Shown: piece after piece, positions 13,200 to 29,283 of the stretch
How positions within the stretch are numbered: the first letter of the stretch is position 1
Layout of the letters: every line of letters begins with the position of its first letter
NCBI RefSeq assembly: GCF_009914755.1
Contig: NC_060942.1
DNA: 64,000 bases
Source: the human T2T-CHM13v2.0 reference genome, Homo sapiens
Reading direction: 5' to 3' (one strand)
Program-made: the position numbers and the translations under genes
The notes under the pieces: model-generated
The model's database searches: none
What the model was told of the DNA's origin: nothing
What the model saw: only the letters and a program-made list of their open reading frames with translations

Positions 13200-13506
13200 C
13201 CCATGTGTTGAGGGAAGGAGGGAGATGCTTGGATTGTGGGGACAGTTTTCCCCATGCTCTTTTTGTGATAGTGAGTGAGTTCTCATGTGATCTGATGGTT
13301 TTATAAGCATCTGGCATTTCCCCTGCTTGTAGTTCTGTCTCCTACCACCTTGTGAAGAAGGTGCCTGCTTCCCCTTCTGCCATGATTGCAAGTCTCCAGA
13401 GGCCTCCACAGCCACGTGGAACTGTAAGTCAATTAATCCTCTTTTCTTTATAAATTACCCAGTCTCAGGTAGTATATTTACAGCAGAGTGAAAACAGACT
13501 AATACA
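13197..13506 (+). mobile_element. THE1 LTR (THE1D-like), 5' end missing
   Basis: 'aatcccatgtgttgaggga...ttataaattacccagtctcaggtag...acagactaataca'. Confidence 0.92.
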
Positions 13507-14210
13507 GCTTCCCTTGTAGGTTACAAATTCTTTCTCTGTAGCTGCCTTCAAGATTTTGTCTTTTGCATTGATGTTGGTTAACCTGTTGACTATGTGCCTT
13601 AGGGCTGGTCATCTTGTATAGCATTCTGCAGGGGGTGTATGTATTTCTTAAATTTGAATGATTTTCTTTCTAGCAAGTTTAAGGAAATTTTCATGAACTA
13701 TATTCTCAAATATACTTTCCAAGTTGCTTACTCTCTCCTTCTCTTTCAGGAATGCCAATGAGTCCTAGATTTGGTTTCTTCACATAATCTCATATTTCAC
13801 AGAGGTTTTGCTCACTTTTAAAAATTCTTTTTTTCTTTTTTGTCTGACTGTGTTGATTCAAAGAGCCAGTCTTCAAGCTCTTAGCTACTTTCCTAAGTTT
13901 GGCCTATTCTGCTGTTAATGGTTTTGATTGTATTACGAAGTCCTTAAATTTTGGTGTCATAATTTGGGCTGTGTTCCAGAAGGTGGTATTTGAGAAGGTG
14001 TGGCTGGTAGATAAGTTCCTACTTAGCCACATGGCTCTTTTGTGTTTTGTTGTCTTGGTGGCATTGCTACGGTGGGCAAGGAGAGATATAACCCCCTTAG
14101 CTGGTTTATCCTTGGCTTGGAGGAGCCCTCTCCAATCTCTGGTTCCATGCTCACATTTCCACTGTTAGGTGTTCTGGGCCATGGGGCTTTCTCAAGTACG
14201 GTCGTGGTTG

Positions 14211-15032
14211 TGAAACAAGAAAGGTTCCCTTGTCCCCTTCAAAGGGCATGCGATAAGAACGTGGTTCACTCATTCAGTGCCCCACTGCTCACACCTCTAG
14301 GAGCATACAGACAGGAAGGCTGTGGGGCTCCCCGACCCCACGGCAATGTCTAGGGGTTCATGTTTGCAGCTGAAGCCCCAGTGGGTGTGTGTTACACGGT
14401 GCTCTTTTAGTTTAGCCGTCTATAGGCGGCTTGTGTTAGTCAGCTCAGTTAGAACCCTGCCTTATCGCAAGGACAAAGGCCTTTTTGTATCCCGGGGTTC
14501 TTGCCCTGGTGTACCAGAAAAATTGGATCACACATAGGCTTGGAGAATGACTGCAAGGTTGTATTGAGTGGAAGTAGCTCTCAGCAGATGGGGGAACCAT
14601 AAGGGAGATGGTTTTCCCCTGGAGCCAAGCCACTCTGCAACCTGGGCTCTCCTTCAGCTGCCCCAACCAAACTCGTGTCGTTCTGCTGGTGGGTGGCCTG
14701 CCAGTATGCTGGTGCCTGTCCATGCGTTCCTCTTGATGTCCAGCCACCCATGTATTTCTCCACTGATGTGCTCCTCTCGACGTCCAGCTGCCTGTGTGTG
14801 TGCCTGCTAGGGTCTCAGAGTTTTTATAAGCACAGGAAGGGGGCATGGCAGGCTAGGGTGGTCTTGGGAAATGCAACGTGTGGGCAGGAAAACAAAAATG
14901 CCTGTCCTCACATAGGTACATGGGCACAGGCCCAGGGGGTGGAGCTCTAGCCAGGGACCACACCCCTTTCCCCCTTTTGTATCATTTAAAGGGACCACGC
15001 CCTTCCCTTCTCAGCACTTCCCTTCCATATAA
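14211..15032 (-). mobile_element. ERV1 solo LTR, LTR1-family-like
   Basis: GC-rich 822 bp starting 'tgaaacaagaaaggttcccttgtcccc'; minus-strand TATAAAAA at ~14821-14828; 4-bp TSD GTTG as expected for ERV1; family name from recall. Confidence 0.8.
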
Positions 15033-15939
15033 GTTGGCAGACAGGTCTTACTCTGTTTTCTTCCCAGACCAGTCCTGCTGATGGAGACACACTCCACTTC
15101 CCTGCAGGTCCTTGAACCCATGTGTCTACCCCTCTCAGTGTTCTGCGAGTGAGAGCTTCTCCCACTGCTTGAGTACTGCTCAAGCTGGTGAATCCTGCCT
15201 ATCTAGGTGCAGCAGCATGGGTATAATTGTCCAATCTCCAATCTAGGTATCTCCCAGGGGTTCGGAGCTATACATGCCCACAGAGTTCAGGCAGAAATGG
15301 GGTGTTGTGCTGGATACCCAAGCAGGCGTTGCCTGCCTGGCTATGAGCAGTGGGAGTGGGGTAGAGTCACCAGCTCCACTGTCTAGGTGCTTCCTGAAGG
15401 AAGAGAGAGCTGTGTCCACTGGTTGAATTCAGGCTGAAGCAGGGCTGCTCTGCTGGAAGCTGGCTCTGAGCTTTGCCTGGTGCAGGAGTGTAGGACAATC
15501 TTAGTAATCCCAGGCACCGCATCGGCAGCCTCTGTGGGGGTTATGGTAGACGGCATCAGACTGCTCTGGGGTCCATGGCCTGTAGGGGTGTCTGAGGACT
15601 TGAATGTTGCTTCTGTAATAACTTCAGGTGGCTTTTGGTATCAGTCTAGAGGCCTGTGGGTTTCGGGGGATTCTCTTATTTCCAGGATTGCACAGATCCC
15701 TTTAGGAGGTGTGGGTCCCCCAGGGTCTCTTACTCACCCCTTCTCAGCTGAGAAGCTTCCCTGGCTCCATGCCCAGCCCAAATGGGCTGTTTTCTGTGTC
15801 TTCCCGCTCCCTTAATGGAGCCTGACACAGTTTTTAAGTGACAGGCTTGCAGAGTCAGTGTTTACTTACCACTCTATTTCCTCACAGTGACACGGCACAC
15901 GTGACCTGGCTCTAGCTCACTATCTTGGCCCCTTCCCCT

Positions 15940-16745
15940 GTGGTAGTCTGTTTCTTTATTCTGTTCTTTGATCTATTCATCTGTTTCAACACCCACATCT
16001 TACTGTCTTGATTACTGTAGAATTATAAGTATTGGAATCAAGTAGTGTCATCTCTAATTATTTTCTAGTTTTTCAAACTTCTTTTAATTAATTTAGGTTT
16101 CTGTGTTTCCATTTAGATTTTGAAACAGATAATCAATATATCTTTTTTTTAAAAAAAGAGCCTGCTGGATTTTTTATTGCATTGAAACTATAGATCATTG
16201 TGGGAAGAATTGAGGTATATCAGTCCACTTATTAGTTGTTCTTTAACTTCTCTAAATAATCATATATGGCTCCCAAATAATTAGTGAGATGTATCTTTAT
16301 ATTCATATTTTTAATATGCTGCTGCATGGTAATTTTGTATTTCAATTGTTGGTTGCTTGTTGCTAATATACATAAATACAATTATTGTCATATATTGACA
16401 ACAATCTTGCTAGATTTTCTTCTTACTTATAGTAGCCTTATTGTAGAAGCCGTCATACTTTTTATATAAACAGATCGCGAATAAAAAACTTTCTTTTTCC
16501 AGATCTAGATATTTTTAACATTATTATTATTGTGCTTTTGTTAAGACAGTATTCAAAAGAAATAAGTATGGGCGTGCATATTTTTTTTTATCTTAGGTGA
16601 AAAGCACCTAGTCCTTGGTATAATTCACCTATAGAAATTTTGAAAATGTCCTTTATCGATTGAGGAAAATGCTTCTAATCCTAGTTTGCTGAGTTTTTAT
16701 TAAGAATTCCTATTAGATTTATTCAGGTTTTTTTCATCTATGTTG
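15940..16745 (-). mobile_element. Old L1M (host element, right part)
   Basis: 'tactgtcttgattactgtag...ctatagatcattgtgggaagaattga...ttctaatcctagtttgctgag' continues the L1M broken at ~8511. Confidence 0.8.
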
Positions 16746-18906
16746 ACACTTTAATGGCATGCAGGTCTGTTTTAAAACACTAAAATTTTAAAGTTGTATT
16801 ATGTCATCATAATCTAGATTATTTTGACTAGGTGAATCAGATTTTTGCTTATTTGTTTCAAAAATATTGCTCATAAAGAAGATGTTTTGCTATAAGAGGG
16901 CAAGAATATATCCTCTGTCTTGCCCTATAGATTAAAATTTAATTCATATCTAACTGTGTATGCCATTCATTTAAGAGCAGTAACTTCCCTTAACCATTTT
17001 TTTCTAAGTATATTTCTTCTACTGTGCTATTATACTTAACAGGAAGTCATGCTGATAGCATGTATTTGTTCTTCTTGGAATTACAAAACTTTTAGCATTC
17101 AAAAATTTTGAAAAAGCTGAGAAATATATCAAAATAATAATGATAGCAGCAATAATTACACTAATAGCAGTTATGACTATATTTGTTATTATAAATGATG
17201 AACCTGAAATGTGTTGTCAAAACATATTGTCTGTGTACTTGGGATAGCTCTGCTAATAAATAACTCTTACAGAGCACATAAGAACATATGGCTAAGTTTT
17301 ACTCTACAAATAAGTGTTAACCTTTAAAGGATTATTCTGTGGACTTTAAAGAAAACCTTAAAAGTTAAATTTAAATGTGCAATGTACAATATATTTGTCT
17401 AAATCACCAAATATATTGATGATTTAAGGTTGTTACAGTTAATTGTAGTGAATCCATCAGCTTTTAATATTATTAATTATGCATCCTTAGAAAGAAAGGA
17501 ATACTGACTTTTTAAAAAGACACTGTTGTTTCTATTATAAAATAGAAACCTTTTCTTTTTTTAAATGTTCTACTGGTGCCAACCTGAGGATTCTACTTCT
17601 CCGTTAAAAAAAAAAAAAGGTATGAAAAGATTGTTAGTCGTAGACCTCCTAAAAATCGCAGATAAGGGTTAGGGTGTTCATTGTATCATCAAATAAAATC
17701 CATCTTATATATGTGCAGATTAGGTGAATAGACTACATGCTTTCCACTATATTTCTTCTGTATCTTCCCTTTTGTGACAACCAAACAGACCTGGAGAAAA
17801 GCACCAATCACCTCTTAGTTATTTATGAACAACCAATCACATCTTGTTAACATAATGTAAAGTATGTGGTCTTCTAGTCAGAAGTGACACTATTTTAATA
17901 GTATCACAATTTGCCCCAGATACCTTGGACTTTTGGTAATAAGACATCATAAAATATGCTAGTGAGTTACTGCTCTGTCTTTGGGAAATTAAGTGAAAAG
18001 CAGTTCACAGCTGCACTTCTCTACATAAAGACTCAGAAGGCAAAAGAGTTCAAATATAACCTAATTAAATAAGACAGCAAATCTAAGTAGCATACAAAGC
18101 TATTAAACAAACCAGATTGGTCCATAATAATAAGAAACATATTTCACATCTGTTGCACAGTACAGAGCTTTTAACAAGTAATAGGCATAACGTGCTGGAA
18201 AATAGTTGCTATTCCCCATCAGTATATCATTGTCAATGGTAGTGCTGTCTCAAAAGAAGCACTTATCTCATACACTTTATTGCTTGATAGCTTGCTGATT
18301 GCTTTTACAAAGCAATAAATTGATGGCCTGATTCAGCACTGACATTAGGTTATGTTCATTTTCAGTGATTGATGCCTTGAATTAGAACTCTTGTATTCTT
18401 CTCTGCTTTGGAATATGAAATTCTAAACAGGCCTGTCTGATGTCACAAATAAGGCAATATAACTGATGCCAAATGAGCTATATTTATTCATTTAAATAAC
18501 TAACTGGCTCTTCACTTTAATAAAGTTTTCATAATGTATGTCTTAATGTCTCCATTTCAAATTAAATTGTCTAGCCAAATTAAAAAAACACCTTGTAAAA
18601 ATAAGGTATATATTTTAAATTGCAATTCCAAAGCAGATGCAGGGTAGCATGCAAAATCAGACTATATAAATTATTAATAAATAAATTAGATAAATTAAAT
18701 AATTTAACTACTTCAAATCTACAGGATGAAATCTATTATTTTCCATTAACAGAAATAATTGCTTGATTTTGTAATTTTAAAATAGTAATGAAACTAAAAA
18801 GGTAAAAATATGTAAGAAAGAAAGAAAACCAGATACCAAATATATTTTAAACTCCATATTTCAAATCCCAAGTAGTGTGATGTATAATTAAAAAATCTCT
18901 AAAGAC

Positions 18907-19400
<494 letters not shown>

Positions 19401-20948
19401 TCTCTAAATACTTCAGTAAGCTACATAATGAGGCTCCCAGTTGGTCAGCCCCCTTATTCTGTTAAAAGTATCTTCTCAAGATATATCTATCCTTTCCATT
19501 TAGCTTTGCTCTGTGTCTCTCTGTCTGAGCTCCTTCCGTTATCAACAAAATAAAACTGTCGTACGATCAGGGACATATAACAGGTAGGTAAGATAGGGAA
19601 TGGATTGAAAGGGATGATGTAAGTCATGTTAAGTCTAGCAAATTGAGAATTACTGAAGAGCAAAATGGTATCAGATAAATTAAAAAATGGGTAGCTCACA
19701 GGAGTAAATGATTTGCGCTGTGCTTATGACACTGCTCATTTGATGATTAAAGTTGGACTATGTGTATGAAAGAAAATAACATTTCAGACAAATCTTTTAC
19801 ACCTATATTAAAATATGTGTTAATCTGTAGCTAGATGTGAGAGCACTTATAAAAACACTCTCTTCTTTTTTTTAAATTGTGTCATGTATTATTTTACACT
19901 AGTATGAGAATAGAATAAGTTTGTGTGATGTGTGTTTGTGTATGTAAAAGGCAGAGAGAAAGAGAAAGGAACATGTAGCATTAGGTATATTATAGTTGAC
20001 TTATTATTTATGGAAATAGAAAGTAGAACAGAACTTAAATAGAACAAGCAATATTTCTAATATCGCACCATCAAATAATATTTTATTTTAAATAAAGACC
20101 AAAAACAGCAACTCAGTTGACTTGCAATTGATAAGAGGTCTTTATTTTTTCACATCTGAGAATTTAGATTACATAATGAGATGCAGTAAAATGCTGAAAT
20201 AATGCTCAAACAAGGAAGATTTAATAGTCAAAGTTACATTTGAAACCTCATACTTTGTTTCTTACTCTTACTTGCATAATTTCAAATTCCTACCTACATA
20301 TTTCTTATGTGCATATGCAAATATTTAAAAATAGATTGTAAGAAATGGAGCTTCTAAGAAAAAGATAGTGTATTTAAATTGTTATGACCACTAAAATGCC
20401 TTAACAAAATTTATAGCAATTTTCATTCTCACTCATAAGATTGAAATTACATTGATAATGAACATTCCAGGATATATGATGAGCTGATTAATCAAAAGTC
20501 ATTGATTATTGTTTTAGATTATTTTTTAAACTTGCTCATTTATGTTGTCTTGAACATTAGAGCATTCTAGATATTTACCATTACTGTGCTCAACACTACA
20601 GATAAAAAGATAAAAATACACCAACTGTCTTCAAACATCTGAACTGTAAACAAATTAGTGATTATAATGTTTAATAATGTAATTGTCATTTCGTGATAAG
20701 TCCTGATTTTTCTCTGTTGTTGTTTGCTGACCCATGATGCAATATTCACAAAACTATCAAATCACTTTCTGAAGACACATGTGGAAATGAATTTTTATAT
20801 ATATGGTCACTGAACCTTACATGATATTAATCTTTATGAAAAATTTAATTATATAATACTTGTTTATTCATCAGCAATATTTAAGATGTATGTGAGCTAG
20901 AAAAATTTAATTATGGATCTTTGATTAGACTGATGGATAATATTTTCT

Positions 20949-22436
<1,488 letters not shown>

Positions 22437-23969
22437 TGGATAATATTTTCTAGTGACTAGAAGTGGATTTGTATTTCAGTACTGCAACTTACCATTACTG
22501 AGCTAGTCAACAACATTTTATCATTAAACTTCCATTGTCTACTTTATAAAATAAACCAAACATTTTTGCAGAAATTAAATGATGGGTGTTTGGTTTACTT
22601 GAGATAACACATGTTGAAGAAGTTAACAAATTTTCTGTTATTAAAATCTTAACAAATAGGTAAACTTCATGTTCTTAAATAGAATACTTAAATGACTAAA
22701 AGATATCCTTAGCTGTGGTGTGACTTCTTGGGAAAAAAGTCTAAGTACATGTCTGAAGCATTATTATAATGTTCCCAAGGCCTGTAAATATTGTAATGGC
22801 ATTATAAATGCTGCACATTCATAACATTGTATTAATGCATATTGTATTAATGAAAGGATGTCATAGAACACTACTCATAGGAAGTTATTTTGTGCCAAGA
22901 ATTGGTGGATAATTTTTATAACTTTATAACAATAACAAAAAAAACACTTGCCTGTGGAATGCTTTATAGTCTGTTTTTACCCATGGTAACTGGTAGGACT
23001 GATGGCAGACTCCTGGGGACTTGATGGGCATGGATTACAGTAGCCTTCAGTAAATGGTTCTTTAAATATGTTACAAAACCCTAAACCCTCCAAGTCTGCC
23101 CCTGTCAGTGACCCAGCTTCAGAAGACTATGAAGAAGTAGTGAAGGCTTTAATATTTCCTCCTGCCCCTGGGAGTTTGTCATTATTCTGAATGCCACAGA
23201 TTATGTATCCCTGAAGAGGAAGGGTAAGCTATTTTGAGTATCATATCTAACTCCCCCAACACATGGAAAAATTGGGTGTTCCATTAAAAATCTATTTGCA
23301 GATAAGAGCCAAAGAAGATTTGTCCTACTGTGAATGCTTTGTGATAGTGACTTATCTGAATAGATATTTCCTAGAGTAAATAAAACCAGAGGGAGATTAT
23401 GAATGCCTTGACTTTCTAATTTTTGTGAATATGTTCTTTCGATTTCTAAGGTGAAATATATAAATGTTCTTAACATTACCATCTTATACATAGAGAAATA
23501 TAATATGTATAAGATATATCTTGAATTGTGTACTTTGGGGGCCAAGTTTATCTTAAAATAAACTATAGCATGATGGATTAAATATCAAACTCACAGTTAG
23601 GCTTCCTTTGAACCTAGTAGTTAAATATAGATATGTGACAAAGTGTATTTTTAAATTAGCGCTTAGGCAACTTTCTTATCAATAATATCAAACTCACATC
23701 ATTAGATATTTTCTCTTACATGCACAAAAAACAGATACAGTATTAAGGTAAAGCATGCAAGTAAATGAGGAAAAATAAGCAAGTGGGATGCAAATAGAGA
23801 ATGGACTCACAGGCATATTCACTCTGACAGAAAAGAAAATCAAAGAGAAGCAAGGCACAGATGGAATAGAAAGATGCCTTGCTGTCCTTGCCAAGACCTT
23901 CTCATAGTCTAGGACGACACACCTGCACAACACAGTTGATGAATACTCTAAACAAACTCTAACACGGTC

Positions 23970-24240
23970 TCAAATATAGCTTTCTCTAAGAATGCCCAAG
24001 TTCGAGGCGACTGTTCATGTCTCTCAATTCTCTTATCACTTTCTACCTCCTTTGTGTCACATACCATAATCTACTTTATAATTACTTTTGTACATTTTTC
24101 TGTCATCTCACCTAGATTGCACCACTAGGAGAGCAGCTTTTGAATTTTTCATCATTTCATTCCCTCAGTCCTCAGGCAGAACACTTTGACCACAGTGGAC
24201 TGTTAAACAACACTATTGAATAAGTGGATAATAACGATTG
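23970..24240 (+). mobile_element. L2 3' end remnant
   Basis: 'cacctagattgcaccactaggagagcag...cagaacactttgaccacagtgg...ctattgaataagtggat'. Confidence 0.55.
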
Positions 24241-25282
24241 GATAGGTGGGAGGATTTATTCTTGAAACATTTTGAGTATTTGTACAAGCTAGGAAGTTTG
24301 CTTCAAAGCCTTTAAAATTATATGCGGTTTGACACACCTCTCCTATACTCTATCCTTCAACAGAGATCGAACACTTAATTCCCTATGTCAAGGAACATAC
24401 AACTTGATTAGGTTCTGAACATTAAAACTGTAATATTAACAACAAGGACATAATATATGCTGACCAGTGTTGAGGGCATATATTTAAATCCAGGATTTTA
24501 TATACAAAGAAACACAATACATAGCAAGTTGGAGAAAGTTTAAAGGTAGACTTCCAGCTTTTGGATCTATCTGTTTACTAGATTAATTAGACTGTTAGCA
24601 TTATCTTAATGCATTTTTAAAACATGTAATTGCTTTTCTCTTTTAGTAAATAAGTATAATGCACATCTAGTTCGGCTTTAACTAAAGACTCTAACAGTAA
24701 AGAAAGTGTACTATAAAAATGGTTCCATATGATATATGGAACACACCAGTCTGTGGAAGTTCAGTGAGTGTGTCACAAATGTATTGAGAATATGGTACAA
24801 AAATCTCACTGTTAAAAATAACAGTATCCAATATGCATGAGAGTTGATGTTAATCCACTGGAAATGATTGTGCAAGTAGCATCAGAGTTGACCAATATAA
24901 GTGTTTGCCATGAAAATGTATTCTCTTTATGAAAACTATCTATCAGGAATCTTTAAATTTTAACTGGAACTTGCTTTACTTGGCAGATATTTGGCAAATA
25001 TCACAAGCTGTTTTTTCTAACATATTTGTTAAACTACTAAAAAAGAACTTGCAATATAATAAATGGACTTCAACTAGTTCCCTAAGGAATGACAATTATG
25101 TATTCAAATCAGACGTTTTATTTTATAATTCTTGAAATGATTTTTACATTAATAGCTCAAAGTGAATATAAATTTTAAAAAGTTTTCTTTTTTATAATAT
25201 AGAATATTGTAAAGGGTATTGTCTTTGTCTTTACTCTTCCCACATGTGCAAATGTTATGCAAATAACATTAGCAGTAGCCTT

Positions 25283-25867
25283 TATGATGGTTAATTTTAC
25301 CTGTTGACTTGATTGGGCTAAGAAATGGCCAGATAACTAATAAAACACTGCTTCTGCGTATGTCTGTGAGGGTGTTTTCAGAAGAGATTAGCTTTAGAAT
25401 CAATGCCTGAGTAAAGAAGATACACCCTCACCAATATGGGCATGCATCATTCAATTCCTTGAGTGCCTGAATAAAGCCAAAGGTGGACTAAAGGTGAATT
25501 TGCTGTCATTCCCTGAGCTGGGGCATCCATCTTCTCCTGCTCTCGGAAATGGACGTTTCTGGTTCTTGGGTCCTCAGACTCTGGGATTAATACCAGGAAC
25601 CCCTAAATGCTCCCTGCTTCCAACCCTTTCCAGATCTTCAGCTTTAGACTGAAGTCACACCATCAACAACCCTGGTTTTCAGGCCTTCAAACTTGGAGTG
25701 AATTAAAACACCAGCTTTCCCAGTTCTCCAGCTTGCGGACAGCATATAGTGGGATTTCTGTCTCTCCATAACCATGTAAGCCAATTCCCATAAGAAATCT
25801 CCCCTTATCTATCTATGTACACATCTATATTCTATTAGTTGTGTTTATTAGAACCATGATTCATACA
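25283..25867 (+). mobile_element. MLT2 (ERVL) solo LTR, MLT2D-like
   Basis: 'tgatggttaattttacctgttgactttgattgggctaag...gtctgtgagggtgttttcagaagagattagc'; ends 'gattcataca'. Confidence 0.9.
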
Positions 25868-26689
25868 ATCCAAAAGATAGTTAGTAGAACTTAAATATAA
25901 AAATTAAATAAAAAAATAAATGCAAACATGTAAATTTTTACTTATACAAATTATCAGAGTACATGCTTACAGAAAATGAAAATAGATACTATTTAGACAT
26001 AACTTTCAGGGGATTCATATTTCCATGTCCTCAAAGAGAATATTTTACAAAGAAAGGGAAATCAAAGAAAATGTGACAAAATGGAAATAGCCATGCATAT
26101 TGGAGTGGCAGTGTTTCTTATTATATAACCCCAAATGAGAATGTTTCTAATGTTCAATAAATGCACTCAGTATTCCATAAGTATTTGAATTCCTGTTGAT
26201 TTTGTTACTTTTTTCTTTTCCCCCCGAGTTTCTATTAATTTTCTTTGTACAATGTTCTTTTCACAAATCTCATGTTCAATCCCTGTGAGTTTTAACCTAT
26301 TAGTACACATCTGACCATTTAATTGTCCTCTTAGGAATAAAAGACAAGTTATTCTTGAGTTTCATCTTTACATCCGGTGTTTTTTGTTTGCACATGTAGA
26401 AAAAATAGAATATTCCTTTACTTTTTTTGAATTGTAACTTTAAGTAACTACGTATGAATTAATGCTTCCTTTTAACTGATTTGGGAGGAGAGTTGCTACA
26501 AGTCTATGTGGCAATTTTGGCCTGATGATTTCCTAACCACTAAAATTTACTAGAAATATATCTACTCTACATGTTTGACTGCTTAATACAATTATTAAGA
26601 AATGAGTAAGGAATTTCTGAATACTTTCATAATTAGGAAGAATGCTAATCCTATTTCGCTATGCCTTTTATATTTCTTTGTCATAACCT

Positions 26690-26778
26690 CTACCTCTGTC
26701 TTTCTCTCTGTCTCACTGTCTGTTTGTCTCTCTGTCTCTCCCTCTACACACACACACATACACACGCACACACACACG
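26690..26778. repeat. (CT/CTGT)n-(CA)n microsatellite
   Basis: Seen directly. Confidence 0.9.
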
Positions 26779-29283
26779 GACATATTTCATACAGAAATGA
26801 GTATTTAAGGGTTTATATTAATAGTCGTGTATCCAAAAGGGAAGGCTTAAAGACAGAATCATGCCTTTATCTGTGAAGACACCATAATAAATCATTTTAG
26901 AAGTAGAAAAAGCAAAGTGAAGACATTTTGGCTGGATTAGAAAATAAAAGCTGTACCTGCATTTTCCAAATTTGAAAAGTAATATTGCTTTTCCATGGGG
27001 CTTTGGATGACAATAAGCAGTTGTATCTAACACCTTTGCTATTAATTAATTTTCTGAAATTTAATAAGACAAGAAAAGTAAATTGTGGTTTTATTTCCCC
27101 CTTTTTAGAATAAAACGTTGCCTATCAGTTTATTGGAAAGTAATGTAAAGAAGTCTAAAATTATTTCCAACATCACAATACAAAAACCTATTATTTTAAT
27201 ATATATCATCAATAACATAAAAGGATACAGCCTGTAGCATAAAAGTTTTCATTCAAAATATCACCAAATATTGTTTTTATTCTAATATTATAAGAATTTT
27301 CCTTTGGTTTCCTCAAAATATTAATATATCGTATGTACACAATAGCTCTGAAACACATATTTGTGAAAATAAAAGAGTATATAGCTTAAATACAAGCAAT
27401 TAAATTATTTTCCTACTAGAACTTAAGATAATCACATGTGCTCAGGTTCTTTATAAAAAAGAAATATTGTATATCAAAATAAATTTCAAAATCAAGTGAT
27501 TTTTGTCTTTATTTTTCTTTTTAATAAATCATGTCCAATCATTCTGTAAGACCCAGTGTATCTATCTTTACCTAGGTTCCAGCAAAGTCTTTGACTCTTA
27601 AGCCTCTAGTGTTTGAGTTGATTTTGGAAGCGTAGCAGTGGATGTCTACTGCAACCAAGATGGGAACACAAGACTCATGGAAAGACAGAGCGCCTTGCTC
27701 AACTTGCCCTTTTAGGTTTACAGGCACTGCGTGACTGCCAGCATAAGACAACCGGAAGCATGAGGAATTGATAATTTGTGTAGCTTTGTCGAATCTTCTA
27801 AATCACAGGTTTTTATTTTTCTGTGTTCTTATTAAGGTTTGTGTTCACAATAATTGTTTTCATGTGGTGAAACTAGCAAAAAGGATGAGGAGGAGTGAAT
27901 ACATTTTATAAATATGTATTTGTAAAAGTTTAATTTTCTCTTTTGCTTTTGGATAATTGACAAAATAGCTCACATAAATGAACAAAATGATAAAGCGAGG
28001 TTATTTATATTAATTGCATTGCAATTAGAAAAAATGGGGCTCAAAGTTCACATGTTCCTTCAGAAATTAAAAAAAAAATGGTAGTAATCAATGTCCTAAG
28101 ACTTGAAAATGTCTCCAAGGCATATAGCTGGTCCCACTTCTCCCAAATCTCCACTTTCCCCTCTGATCAGCACATAAAACAATTACTCATCTCATAACTA
28201 ACAAAAACATCCTGTTGCTGTTTCCCCATGCTGAAATACCAGATAAAATGAGACTGTAGATGCAAACAACATGAACAACCAAGCAAATTCAATTCAATTA
28301 TGCCTCTGCTCTCCATCTTTTAAAAAACCACAAGTCAATAAATAAATAAAACACCCATCTCTGCCCTCTAAGAATGTGTAAGGAAATAATAAGACTGTTA
28401 GTCTCCTTGAAGGCATTACCACTGTAAAGCCTACATATCGATCCATTCTGGGCCTTCCTTTTGGGATAGGGAGTTGTTCATAAAAATCCATTTAGATATT
28501 CCCTTCTATACATAATTCTTACAATTCTGTCTCCCTTAACCCATCTGAATACATGCCCACCAACATATTTAATGAATTTGACTCTCAATAGGCATACAAC
28601 TGAAGACTTTAACATAATCTGAGATGCCTTCATGCAAAGGTTAAAAGAAAGCAGTTTCCTTCTGTTGTAAATGTTTTGCATTTTCTCAATATGCATTTAT
28701 CAAAATGCATACATTTTAAAATGCCATAGGAAATCTATTAAAAGATGATTGATGAATTGTTTTGCAGTTGCATAGCTCAAAGCATTTCCTTTTATCCAAC
28801 TAAGGCATTACCCATAGGGCACTAGGTTTAGCGAAATAAAAAACAACGCTTTGAGTCTCTTGCCAAATAGTGGCAAATAATGCCTTCCAAGCTTATGAGC
28901 TTTAGTGAAAAAGCTATAGTAACTGTCATTCACTCATAGATTCATTCTTCAATCTGAGTCTCCACACACTCACCTGAAGGCTTATGATGAAAGGCTGCAC
29001 TAAGTAAACCTGAAAATCCCCCTGTAAGCTGGCAAGAAACTCAAAGCAACAAAAAAATGATTCATTGTTCAGAACATCATTTTTTATTTGCAAGAGAGTG
29101 GAGAGCCATGACTGAAACTAATGGCTGTATGAGGAAGAGAACAAGAAAGAAAGGTAAGAAAGAAGACTATATAAAATAATAACAACTTCTTTTCTTCCTG
29201 ATTTTCTTAATGGTAACTTTTTTGTTATATCTTGGTGTAATAAAAAGTCTGATTTCATTTTTTCTCAAATTTTCAACTGACTA

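Larger units (their letters stand above)
8512..15938 (-). mobile_element. Near full-length degenerate L1 (old L1PA/L1PB class) with internal deletions and nested insertions
   Basis: 3'UTR at ~8520, ORF2 RT remnants (ORF track: TGTRQGCLLSPLLF, LSVFADDII), EN at ~12200-12600, ORF1 and GC-richer 5'UTR ending 'tatcttggccccttcccc'; degenerate TSD gtgttagtctattttt (8496-8511) / gtggtagtctgtttct (15940-15955). Confidence 0.92.

Noticed and set aside
14953-15032. Short internal repeat 'ggaccac(a/g)ccc' near the LTR end
   Set aside because: Likely intrinsic to this LTR family; cannot be shown to be locus-specific.
13899-15815. Cluster of overlapping ORFs in GC-rich DNA resembling a gene or CpG island
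   Set aside because: Lies within the ERV1 LTR and L1 5'UTR; higher GC lowers stop frequency.
22455-22640. Possible MIR remnant
   Set aside because: Too diverged to support by eye.
27560-27800. Slightly GC-richer unique patch, possible exon
   Set aside because: No convincing splice-site pair, ORF or recognisable homology.
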